Of a DNA stretch of 64,000 nucleotides, positions 49,201 to 61,400 are shown in pieces. Source of the DNA: Phyllosticta citribraziliensis (lineage: Eukaryota); the NCBI RefSeq assembly GCF_038025025.1, contig NW_027117351.1, forward strand, positions 744,001-808,000, written 5' to 3'. The translations under genes and the position numbers were made by a program. How positions within the stretch are numbered: position 1 is the first letter of the stretch; every line of letters starts with the position of its first letter. The notes beneath the pieces were generated by a model that was not told the origin of the DNA, did no database searches, and saw only the letters and a list, made by a program, of their open reading frames with translations.

Positions 49201-50709
49201 AAAGGACTCGCATCGGTGCAGAATGAAAGACCTCCAGAGGAAATCGCCCAGAGTCAGGTATTGTAGGTTCAGCTTCGGAATAGCCAACGGCCTAGATCCG
49301 TCATACTCCTCGTTTCGCAAGAAGGTCGCCTCGTAGAGAGTCCGTTCTGTAGGAAGGATTGTCATATCCCGCACGGTGTCCTGGAACGTTGGCTTTCTTT
49401 CGTGTGCCGACACGACAATTTCTGAAAAAAAGGTACGGTCCTGGACGACCAAGGATGATTTGGGGTATTCGGTGCGAAATCCTAGCAATCCGCAAAGCTC
49501 AGTGAGCTCTTCTTCTGAGAGTACTTGTAAATGTGATTCTAGGTCGGCCCGTCGGTCCAGAGACCCATAATTAGACAACGCAAGTATCGTGAGCTTTGTG
49601 CTGAAATGCTTGAGGCAGGTCCGTTGAAGCTTCGCCAATCTCGAGCAGTGGGCCCTGTGGTACTCGGCGGGAGTCTGCTGCTGTCCAATCTGATCGTCGA
49701 TGGGAAAGTAGGTGTAGTGCTTGAGGAGGGAGCAGAGGTCACGGAAAAGGCCGTTGTCCTCGTCGGTGTAGAGAGGAGAGAGCCGGATAGCAGCGATCAG
49801 GTTGAGGTCGAGCAGCAAGGTGTTGACGTAACGTCTTGTTGGCAACTGACTTTGCACATCCGTCAGAAATTCCACGAAACGTTCGCAATACCGCAGGTTC
49901 TCAGTCCGATTCTGAGCCGCGGTGTCGTAGATACGGTTCAAAAAGTCCAGCAGCAGCGTGAACAACCACGATCTTTCAAATCGCAGCTTGGTCTTGACCT
50001 CCTCGTCGCCATTGTCAAAGCGCTTCCCCGCCGCCCTCCAGGCTTTCCGGAGCATCAGGTTCTTTTCGAGCTTTTGCTCCCTCGCTTCTTCACTGTATAG
50101 ATTATGCCAGATTGCAATCGATACCAATGGCGCACACTCTTTCCGAACCAAGCCACTGTCCAGAGATTGGAATGCGCCAATGATGAACGAAATCAAGTGG
50201 GTGCGGATTTTCGGAGAGACGGCGGGGTCAACGGCCATGGACAGGATGCGGCGAAAGAAGGACGAGAAGTCGGCTGGCTTGTCGGCGAAGTGGTCCCAGG
50301 AAGCGAGGTTTTCTCGGCGCTTGACGTTGACAAGCAAGGCAAGTAAGAGGACATGGTGGTTGGAAGCATCCTCGGTGTAGCCCGGCCAGAGATAGCTACA
50401 AGGGCATCAGTTAGAAGCTGCACACGCCGGCAACAGGGGAAGAAGGGCTCACCTCTCCAAAAGCTGGAGATTCTCGAGAATCAGCAGGGCGCTGTATGGA
50501 AAGCCATCTTTTTCCAAGACATCCCAAAGCTCTCTCTTCAGAACGTCGGGCTTGACCTTTGGCGGTCTTGCAGCTCCAAGCCAGTGCTTGCGCGCAACCT
50601 GGGCATAGTGATTCTCGCCTTGCAAGTCGCTGACAGTTGGGCGCGCATGGCCGAGGGGCACAATGGTGCCGTTGCGCGAGGGACTCTGGGTATCAAAGTC
50701 GGAGGTCAT
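46293..50709 (-). CDS. cwf11: Spliceosomal SF1 helicase Aquarius (intron-binding protein); 3 exons
   Basis: Introns 50452-50396 and 46790-46742. Motifs LPTRRYVNTL, KLNLQYLTLGDFL, GPPGTGKTD, IMEEAAQ, QNLGEAEY, TVDKYQGEQND and VALSRARLGL. Confidence 0.94.
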
Positions 50710-50969
50710 GTCGACATTGTTGACGCGCGCGCGCGGAGAGCGGAGGACGGACGACGGGAGCGAGGACGGGAGCAAAACCAAAGGTCGGCGAAGACCCAAG
50801 CTAAGGCGAGCTTGGAGCGCGGAGCGGCGGAGCGGAACCGTCTGGGGAGCCCACGGAAGCTTGGCGCCCATGTGGGTCCATGCTCGTTGCAACGACACCC
50901 ACCCGTCTGCCCATCATTCACCACCCCATACCCCTCTCAATTGCCTCTCCACATCCCGCCATTGGCACC

Positions 50970-51764
50970 ATGGCCCCCTCCGAAGTCGAGTATCGCGAGC
51001 GCCCTGTCGTGCCAGCCAAGAAACTCGACACCGATTATCCTGTGCGTTGCACCCCACCGAAGCCCCCGAGTGCCCAATAGCCACTAACATGTTAATCAGC
51101 TCATTGACAGCGACCCGTAGGGTGCTCCAATGCTTCCGTCACAACTTCGCTGACGAGCCCAGCCACTTCAAGCGGGTGATACGCTATGCTCGCCCGTCCG
51201 ACTACGCCGTCGGCGCTGCCCACGTCGCCGCTGGTCCCGCGTTGATCTTGCTCATGGAGCGAGTCTCGCCCTCATACGTCGGCCGCCGGGGCTTTGCTCC
51301 CATCATGCGTGCAACTTGCGTCATTAGTTTGGCCGCTGGCTTCCTCAAGCTTTGCACGCGCTCCACTCGTGCGGAAATGCCGATCCCATTGGCCCGATTG
51401 TTCAAATTACTAACTGGCTGATTAGTGCGATTCCATGGTGTCACTGAGAACAGACGCGAGATTGACATGGATATGAGGGAGATGGTCGACAAGGTCAAGA
51501 AGGGCGAGCCGCTTTACGGAGTGCCCACCATGTCGGAGCATTTGCAGGGCGTGGCTGCGAGAAACTCGAGATATTCCGTCAGCTTCTTACCCTTCCTTCC
51601 GTGGGGCAACTTCTTCAATCACAACCACGTCAGTTCCACGTCCTTTTTCTACGCAATCTCTTCTGCTCACTGACGGCATTTGATAGCACGGTGTTGACAC
51701 CGCCAAGTACTACCAACAAGCGGAGCGGGAATTGGCTGCCGAAGAGGCCGCGAAGACCAATTGA
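50970..51764 (+). CDS. NADH:ubiquinone oxidoreductase 21-kDa (NUXM-like) accessory subunit; 5 exons
   Basis: Introns 51042-51099, 51117-51162, 51369-51425 and 51629-51686. Spliced product reads DYPLIDSDPHFKRVIRYARPSDY...ENRREIDMDMREMVDKVKKGEPLYG...PWGNFFNHNHHGVDTAKYYQQAE. Confidence 0.9.
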
Positions 51765-52465
51765 ATTTCCAGCTCAATTCACCCTGCCAGGAACTCCAAC
51801 ATCTAGATTAAGAGGGACTGTTTGTGATTGTTGGACTGTAAAGTAGTTCACACTGACCTCCTTTCGCCATCCAGTGAATCGTGGCCCTCCATCAAACTCC
51901 AAGAGTGGCTGGACTTGGTCACCCCTTCGTAAGCGGAGCCAAATGGAATATCTGAACAGGCGAAACATATACTCGTGCCCCAGCCTCTAGATGGTCCTCG
52001 ATTTAGATCAGTCTATTCCATGCATGGATGCGCTCTATACAAGAGGCCATCAGCAGTCTTGATATTTCGGACCCGAGAACTTTGTGTAGCTGCCCCGTTG
52101 ATGAGCTGCTCTTCAACGAAACTCATGAATGTACACGCAAACACGGTACAGAAGGAACTCAGTCCTCGAAACCTTGATGACCTTCCATACACCGTGGCAC
52201 TTGAATTTGCAGCTCTGTATTACATTTGCGATCCACACTATCAACGGATCCCGCAAGGTACTCTGTGCGGAGGCAAGTAAAGGAAGAGTATCAAAACGCC
52301 GGATGCCTATTCAGCATGCCCAGAGGAAATGTCGCCCCATTAATCCGCGCAAACGCCCTTTCCTTGATCCAAGACTGAACTCCCGTGCTAGACCCAAAAC
52401 GCCCTCTGTGACCTTGACTGTTGGAGCTCCATAAGATGAGCAGCGGTTGGAGAAGAAAGACACAA

Positions 52466-53296
52466 TCAGGGCTCGTTGGATTCAACACCCAGCACACGAG
52501 TGATGAGCACGTAGCCGAAGAGTAGCGCAGCTCCAACCCAGTACTTGTTGCGGCTCAACCAGCCTTGACCGACATGTCTTGCAACCTGTCCACCCTCGAC
52601 TACGGCTCCCAGGCTCCCGCTTCCGACAGGTCGTCTCCTCAGCGCAGCAGCTTCAGGTGCGCATGCTCCATGGCCGTCAGTCGGGTTTGCTTGTTGTTGA
52701 CCGGTCGCGACGTCAATCTTTTGTTCCTTGATCCACTTCCAGTTCTCCGCATCTTGATCTGGCCACTCTTTTCGGAATTTGGCGCCACCGTCGCCGGCTT
52801 TGATAGCACCGACACCGCTGCTTTTGGAGCGTGCGGTTGACGCGGCGTGCGATCCTCCGCCAGTAGAATTCCACCATCGAGAGCGGACCGCAAACAAACG
52901 ACGTTCGGCATCCGAGGCGCGAACACTTCCAGTGGTCAGTTCCTCGCTAGTCATGAAACTCATCAAGCCGATGAGTATGGTGCTGACTTCCCACGCGGGG
53001 TTGAAGCTCTTGGGGTGGAAATCGGAAATGCTTAGGCAGAGGCGAGTCGACGGCTGGAAGCGACCAGAGGGGGTGTGCATGCGGATGGCAGGTGGGGCAA
53101 AAGGGTAGTCTGGCGGGAACATGAGAGTGCCCCAGTATTGGCCGCCTTCATATGGAGTGCCGGGAGGCCCGGTGAGGATGTAGTGCCACTCGAGTATGTT
53201 GTTCTCGGACGGGTGGGCGATGATGTACGGAGGCGGATTTTGCGATATGGTCTTGTATTCGCGGGTGAGACGTTTGGTTGCCTGCGGCGTCGCCAT
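52466..53296 (-). CDS. UBC6: ER tail-anchored ubiquitin-conjugating enzyme E2
   Basis: ATKRLTREY, PPAIRMHTPSGRF, RLCLSISDFHP..NPAW.VSTIL.GL.SFM, and a C-terminal TM helix. Confidence 0.95.
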   Translation of the reverse strand: MATPQATKRLTREYKTISQNPPPYIIAHPSENNILEWHYILTGPPGTPYEGGQYWGTLMFPPDYPFAPPAIRMHTPSGRFQPSTRLCLSISDFHPKSFNPAWEVSTILIGLMSFMTSEELTTGSVRASDAERRLFAVRSRWWNSTGGGSHAASTARSKSSGVGAIKAGDGGAKFRKEWPDQDAENWKWIKEQKIDVATGQQQANPTDGHGACAPEAAALRRRPVGSGSLGAVVEGGQVARHVGQGWLSRNKYWVGAALLFGYVLITRVLGVESNEP

Positions 53297-53698
53297 TGTG
53301 ATGGCCGAAAGGAGAAAGCCAAGGTGTCAACGACCGAGATGCGTGAGAAGACCAGAGGTGCGCGACGAAGACCAGGGTGGGACGATCGAATAGAAGCGAG
53401 CGCAAGTGCTGGCAAGGGTTGCGGAGTTTTGGTTTTGTTATTGTTGTTGTTGTGGTGATAATGGTGGTCCGGTGGTGGCGGGGAGCGACGGTAGTAAGAG
53501 TGAATGGTTAGAGAATGTCCGCGAGCGGGCCGAGACAAAGCGGCGTTCCTACTACGTAACCTACCTATCCGCCAAGCAGCGGGTGGTGCCAAGCCCGGAT
53601 AGCGGAGCAGCTTGAACCACCGCCGCTTTACAAACACCAGTTCCATCATTACCGCATCACACACCCAGAGTGCAGCCCTACCCTGCCAGCTCCCCTCA

Positions 53699-55401
53699 AT
53701 GGCGTCGCCACTCGAGGATGATGTATGCCAATGCAATCCTCGCGCGTTTTTCTCCTCCTCCAGTCCCAATGGCTAATCCGTGCTGCTGCAGGTGTTCCAA
53801 AGGCTGAAGCAAAAAGTCGATCCGGCCGAGACTCAAAGACGGCATGACCAGGTCAACGAGCGCGTCCATGCCCAGGCCCAGAAATCGCATGCCAGGCAGG
53901 CTGAGCTAGTATGGATCCTGCATTCTTACGTCCCTGTTCATGGCGCTGACAGGCACAGGTCAGCAACAACCTCACTCTCCCGGTAACCATCTCGTCTGTT
54001 CGCGTACTGCAGGCCAAGCATACTCGACATGGCTTTTTGGAGCGCGTCTTCAGTCCGCTTCTGATTGCCAACAGCCGCCAAGATTACGATCTCGAGCGCG
54101 CTCTTGTGGACATTTCTGGCGCAGTCAATAAGCTGGAAAGATTTGGTGAGCTCACAGCCACCACCTTCTCCCCGTGTTGCCGCTGACTTGCGTCTGTACT
54201 AGACATCTTCAAATCTCCAATCTCTGTCTTCATCGACAGACCGGACCAGGCTGACCCCTCGACCGCTCCCACCGATATCGACATTTACGTTCACGCCCAC
54301 GAGCGGTCCCGCTACACCATCAAGACAGGCACTGAAGCCGGGTCTGCAGAGGGCTCCGCCTACGCGAATGTGCAACTGCGCAACTTGTTTGGTGGTGCAG
54401 AATCTCTCAGCGCCCACGCCTCTGCTGGTACACGGACTCGTTCTGCCTATTCGGCGACGTTTGACACGCCCATCCTCAGCAATCCCGACCTGCGCTGGGA
54501 GATTGGCGGCCTCGCGAGCTCTACCTTGAAAAGCTGGGCCAGTCACGAAGAGGCTCTCAAGGGTGGGTCAACAAAATTGAAGTGGCAGACACCCAGTGGC
54601 CATCGCCATGAATTAGCCTACTCGGGCTTGTGGCGACAGATCACCGGCCTGGCGGCTGAGGCCTCTCCCACCGTTCGTGCCGACGCCGGCAACTCCTTCA
54701 AGTCGAGCATTTTTCACACATACACCCTCGATCGTCGCGATTCCCCGCTACTTCCATCCCGTGGATACCTCTTCAAGACTGTCTCTGAGCTTGCTGGAGC
54801 TGGCTTTCTCCGCGGCGATGTCGCTTTTGGCAAAGTTGAAGTCGAATCTCAGGCCGCTCTCCCCATTGTCCCTCCGCTAGGCGTTTCCCTCACGACAAGT
54901 TTGCGCGCAGGAATGTTGTGTCCACTCGCTGGTCCCGGAGGTGAAATCAAGCCTTCCCGTATCAACGATCGTTTTCAGCTTGGTGGGCCTACCGACATCC
55001 GTGGATTTCGGCTGGCTGGACTGGGACCTCGTGATGGACCTGATGCTACTGGTGGCGACGTCTACGCTGCCGGCAGCGCAAGCTTGATGTTCCCGTTGCC
55101 CAGGACTGGCATCGATAGTCCACTGCGCCTGCAGGCCTTTGTAAATGCCGGTCGCCTGCTAGCTTTGAAGGATCCGCGAGAGAGGAGAGAATCTCGGAAG
55201 CAAAGCGATGTCACGGACTCTATGAAGGATACAATCCAAGACCTTGCTCATGGCCTCCCCAGTTGTGCAGCGGGCGTTGGTCTGGTTTACGCTCACCCAG
55301 TCGCACGTTTTGAGGTCAACTTCTCGCTTCCTCTCGTGTTTAGGAAGGGCGAGCAAGGAAGAAAGGGCCTGCATTTCGGTGTTGGTATTGAGTTTATGTA
55401 G
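53699..55401 (+). CDS. SAM50: Mitochondrial outer-membrane beta-barrel assembly protein (Omp85 family); 4 exons
   Basis: ATG 53699 (MASPLEDD) followed by three short GT-AG introns and a POTRA region. Motifs RNLFGGAE, DRFQLGGPTDIRGF, AGVGLVYAHPVARFEVNF, and C-terminal beta-signal GLHFGVGIEFM. Confidence 0.93.
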
Positions 55402-55419
55402 AATATCTTTCTAGGAATG

Positions 55420-58400
55420 AATTCTAGCCTACTTTCCTTCTACGTGTACCTAAAATATATTTTAGTAGGGGGTTATAGATAGAATATAATCACTTATTAT
55501 ATACTATAGTAAATTCTAAGATGAATTATAATTAATAGAGAAGTAGTAGTTAGTTTTATTATAGTGCCTAGTAGAGTAAATTAATATAGACTACTAATAA
55601 TTAATAGGTAGGGAGTAAGAATAGTTATTATATAGCCTATATATAATAGCTATCTACTTCTAGACTAGCTATAAATTACTAGTATATATATAAGTACTAA
55701 ATACTATAAAATATAAACTATATATAATATATAGTATATAATACTATTCCTTCTCCTCTCTTCTCCCTCTCTCTCCCCCTCCTCCTCCTAGTAAGTAATA
55801 TCCTTATTACTTAGTTATATATCTAACTAGTATAGTACTACTAGTTAGTACTATTTTTATAGCTCTAGAAGGTTATTTTTAGTATTATTATTCCTATTTC
55901 TAATAGGAATTTTAGCTCTAGTATAAGTAGGAGATTAGGCTAGTATAATAATAGGATAATAGATAGCTCTAGAATCTTAGAAAATTATAGTTCTATATAG
56001 TTTAGTAGTAATAGGAGGTCTTATATTATTAGTATTTTTTAGTAGTAGATTAGCTAGTTATATACCCCCTTTTTATAGCTACTTATAGAGAGGTACTACT
56101 TATATAAATAAAGTCTTTAATACTTAGTTAAACTATTATCTACTAAATACTTAGTTATTTATTTATTTATACTTATTATTTATACCTAATTCCTATATTA
56201 CTTAGATAATAAAATAATAGCTAGATAGTAGCTTATTTTAGTTAGTTTAGTAGTTATTTTAGTCCCGCCCTATAGAGCCTACTTATTTAATACTAGTTAC
56301 TATCTCTTATACCTCTTCTAGTACTAGTATTTTAGCCGGCTAAGTAAGTATATTAGTAAGTAGCTAATCCCGCCTATACTAGCTAATAGGTATAGGTTTA
56401 GGTATTATTTATAATTATATAAGATAATATTATAAATATTATTAAACTTACTATTATCTATATTATAGAAAATCTAGTCTAGTTTACCCTAAACTAGAGC
56501 CTCCTATTAGCTAATATCTAATAGCCTATAACCTTCTCTACCTCCTAATTAGTATTCTTATTATTATTATTATTATCTTATAGGGCTAGTCTAGTAAGTA
56601 GTTATTAGCTAGATAATAGATTATTACCTATAATAATAAGATATAAGATATAAAATTTATTATAGGTATATAAACTAATAGGTAGTTATAATATAGCCTA
56701 GTTACTATAGATATTAATAACTTAATATAGTCTATTATTATAAAATTTAAGTATAGTAGGATAGCTATAGAGTATATATAATAACTAGTTATACGCGCGC
56801 TTATTAGTACTATAGATAACCCCCTTATAGGCGCCTTCCTTAGTAGGCCCCTCCCCCCCCCCCCCCCTACTTATAGGTCTCTATTTAATAGTTAGCTTAG
56901 CCTAATTAATAAATCTTACTTATAATACTTATTCCTATTAGATAAGAATCTACTATCTCTATAGGGTAACCTATATTAAAATAGTAGTATAAGATTTAGT
57001 ACTATAGGGGATTAAATTAAGTAAGAATAATATATTTAGTATCCTAGATAATAGATAAAACCTTAGTTTCTAAGGGTTTATCCTAGCTAGGGGTTTTATA
57101 TATTCCTTACTTAGTCTTATAGCCCTTCTAGGGTCTAAGTAGGTACTATATAGCCCCTATATAGGTTCCCTCTAGATAAGGGTAAGTACTAGTATTATAT
57201 TACCCCCCTCCTTAAAAAGGGCTATTTATTATAACTTGTAAAGTTCTTATTTTATAGGTTAGGGCTAAAGGTAAACTGCTAGAGAATATATATATATCTT
57301 AATTAAATATAATAAGTTAAAAGAATAAAATATAAAAGATACTTACTTCTTATCTATTTCCTAGCCTTCCCTTTATATCTTTCTATCTTTCTAACCTTTA
57401 TATAAGGGTTAATAGTTATTATTAGGTTATTCCTAAAGGTAAGGTATTAATAGGTTATTATACTATATCTACCTAAGGCTATAGTAGCTAGTATTAGCCT
57501 AAGGTATAGCTAATATTTAGCCTAAGGCTATAGTAGCTAGTAGCTTATAACTATATAATACTAGGTTTATCTATACTAGCCTTAGTACTTATATAGGTAT
57601 ATAAATACCTATTATAATATACCCCCCCCTAAAGAGAAGCTAAAATTATAAGAATTAGTAGCTATAGGCACTTATATAGGTATAGACTTATAATATATAG
57701 TAGTAGTATTTAGTAATTTAGGTATTCTATATAGTTATAAAGTATAATTATTAGTCTAGCTTTATTACTATACTATCTTTTTCTATTACTATCTTCTATT
57801 ACTATATAACCTATAGAAGGTTACTATCTACCTTAGCTATATCTAGAGCTCCTTAATAAAGTATATTATTATCCTATCTAAATTAGCTATAATCTAGTAA
57901 ACTAATAGTTATATAAAGGCTTAAAGAAGCTATACTCTACTAAGAGTAATAAAGAAGGTCCTATACTAGTAGAGTATTAGCTAGAGTATTAGCTAGTTAC
58001 TTATTAGAATTCCTTACTATTATATAAGACTTATCATACTATTCTACTATTATATAGTATTACTTATAATCTATTATAGTTACTACTTACTTAGAGAGCT
58101 ATTCTTACTAGTAGTATCTATTAGGACTATTATATAGAGTAGTATTATAGTAAGTAAGCCTTTTATCTTAAGGATTATTACTAATTATTACCTAGGCTCT
58201 ATAGGACTACCTTATATCTAGATAGCTTTATATATTTAGGTTTTACTACTTTATTACCTAATCTTACTAACTAATATAGTTATAGAGGGATAAAATACTA
58301 GGGTTACTTATATAAGTATATAGTCTTATAATGGTATGCTTTAGGTAATCCTAATTAGGTAATTACTAAGGCTACTTAGTACTTAACTAATAGTTCTAGG

Positions 58401-61400
58401 TATCTAGATATAGTACTTAATAAGTAGTAATAAATAATAACCCCTAAAGATAGTTATATATACCTAGCCTAATCCTTTATTATATAGGGCTTATATATAC
58501 CTAGATAATAAAATACTAAGGTAGAGTATAGTAGGTAGAGCTATATAATCTAATATCTAGTCTATTAGCTTATATAATAGAGAGGTACTTCCCTATTAAA
58601 TAAGAGGTATAATAAAGGGGAGTAGACCCTTTTAATTTATACTACTATAACTAAATAACCTTAGGCTATTTTCTAAAGGCTACCTAATAGATAATAATAT
58701 AGACTAAATTATTATATACTTAGTTATAAGAAATATATAGAGGTAGAATAATAATCCTTAATAAAGAATTAATAAATAAAATTACTACTAAAGAGAAAGC
58801 TATTCTAGAGGGCTAGGAGGCCTCTTTATATACCTTTCTAGTTAGTACTAAGCTAATCTTCTAGCTAGCTATTAGTAAGACTTATTTATTAGTTATAAGT
58901 TACCTCTAACTCTTAACTATAACTCTTACTATTAAAGTTCTTCTAGACTAATTTATTTAGATCTAGACTATAGACTATAATACTACTATATCCTTATTCT
59001 AAGGAGTAGCCTTAAAGTCTAAAATATAAAGGAGATAATATAAGCCTTAACTAGGTTAAGTACCCTAGATTTACTAGAGGTATTAACTTTTCCTTCTCCT
59101 TTTTACTTTCTATTTTAGAAGGAACTAACCATACTATTTTTCCCTAACTAGGACTATTCTTTAGTCCTTATATAGCCCTTTATATCCTAATATTAATAAC
59201 TAACTTTTATCTATTAGTTCTCTTAGAATAAACCTTTATTTTAATTTATAAGAAGGGATATCCTCCTTTTTCTCTTCCTTAAACCTAAATTACCCTTTAC
59301 TTATAAGTTATACTTTTAGGTCTTATAATAGCTTTATATATAACTATTATAATAATAGCTTATTAGGAAATATAGTAAGATTCCTAAGAGCCTAATAGTA
59401 TACCTAGTAAGTTAGGTACTAGGGGTAATATAAGGGTTTACCTCTAGATAGGTACTATCGCGGTCTATAGATAGTTAGGGATGCCTTAGGTAAGTAAGGC
59501 AGGTACTAGCTAGTAGGCTTAGTAGTATAAGTAAGTAGATAGAATAAGTAGGGCCCTAGGGCTAAGATAGAAATAATAATAATATAATCCTTACTTAAGA
59601 AAAGATATCCTAACTAAACTTATAATATTTTCTAGTAGCTAAAAGTACTATAGTACTTCCTTTTACTATAGTATCCCCTCTATATCTAGGACCTTTATTA
59701 CTACTAATATATAAATACTATAAGTCTACTTCTACTAAAACCTAGGAAGATCCCCTTAAAATAGCTAATAATATACTTCTATATAGTACCTAGTAAGGAT
59801 CTCCCTTCTTATATAACCTAGTACTAGTATTATTATAGTAGGACCCTTACTTCTATTATATTTACCCCTCCCTTTAATACTTAATACTAGTATAAGGAAC
59901 TATCTATAATATAGTCCCTAAATAATAAGTTTACTATATTAATTTTAGAAGAGGATATACTATCTACCTAGTAATTTAAGGCCTTCCTCTATTATAGTAA
60001 ATATAAGTAATAGCTTAAATAGATTACCCTAGTAATAAGGACTTATATTAACCTTATTATAGAAATATTTAAGCCCCTAGGTAATATAGGAGTATCTACT
60101 TAATAAACTATAGCCTCTTAAAGGTACCTAGATTATCTAGTATACTAGGACTTTATAGGAGGTATAAACTAGGCTACTTTCTAGTAAGCCTTAGAATAAG
60201 TTAATACTACCTATACTAAACTATTCCTAGAGAATTACCTAGTAGTTATAGAATAGAAATATATAGAAGAGGCTCTAGCTAAGGGTATAAGAACTATAAT
60301 ACTAAGTATATTAACCTCTACTAATATAGTAGGTTTACTACTAAACCTAGTCCTAACTATACTATATAAGGAGGTAGGCTAATATAATATAAGTATAGGA
60401 TTAAGGGTATCCTAGTCCTTATATAATCTATTCTAGTACCTTTCTCTAACTATACTAGAATATCCTACTATACTAGAGGTATTAGCCTTAAGTATAGTCC
60501 TTAAAGTACCTCCTTAGCTATAAGCTAAGATAGTACCCTAGTTACCTTTAGGACCTACTATTATGGGCAGGATCAGCTACTTACTAATATGCTTGCTTAG
60601 CCGGCCAAAATGCTAGTACTAGAAGAGGTATAAGAGATAGTAACTAGTAGTAAATAAGTAGGCTCTATAGGATAGAAATAAAATAACTACTAAACTAACT
60701 AAAATAAGCTACTATCTAGCCGTCACTTTATTATCTAAGTAGTATAGGACTTAGGTATAAATAATAAGTATAAATAAATAAATAACTAAGTATTTAGTAG
60801 ATAATTATTTAACTAAGTATAAAAGACTTTATTTATATAAGTAGTACCTCTTAATAAGTAGCTATAAAAGGGGGTATATAACCAGCTAATCTACTACTAA
60901 AATACTAATAATATAAAAACCTCCTATTACTACTAAAGGTACTAAGTTTACTTATACTTTTATTAGCCATTATTATTACTACTAAACTATATAGAAGTAT
61001 ATCTTCCTAGTATTCTAGAGCTACCTATAGTCTTATTTTCTTACTAGCCTAATCTTCTACTTATATCTAAGCTAAAACTATAGCTAAGAATAAGAATAAT
61101 AACTACTAAAAGTAACCCTTAAAAGCTATAAAAACTATACTAGCTAGTAGTACTATATATAGGGGGGTACTCCTTATTTTACCATCCCCTAGTAAGTAAG
61201 AAGAAATAAGGATAAAAGATAAGAAAGAGAGTATAAGCTATAGTTTATAGGAGGCTAGATTAGAGTAGTTAATTAGTATACTATTTACCTAGGTTATATA
61301 TACTCCTATAAATAGGGCTAGTAGGTAAGATATTATCCTAGTCCTTATCCTTACTATACTTATTATAGTACTAGATACCTATAGCTTTAATAATATCCTT

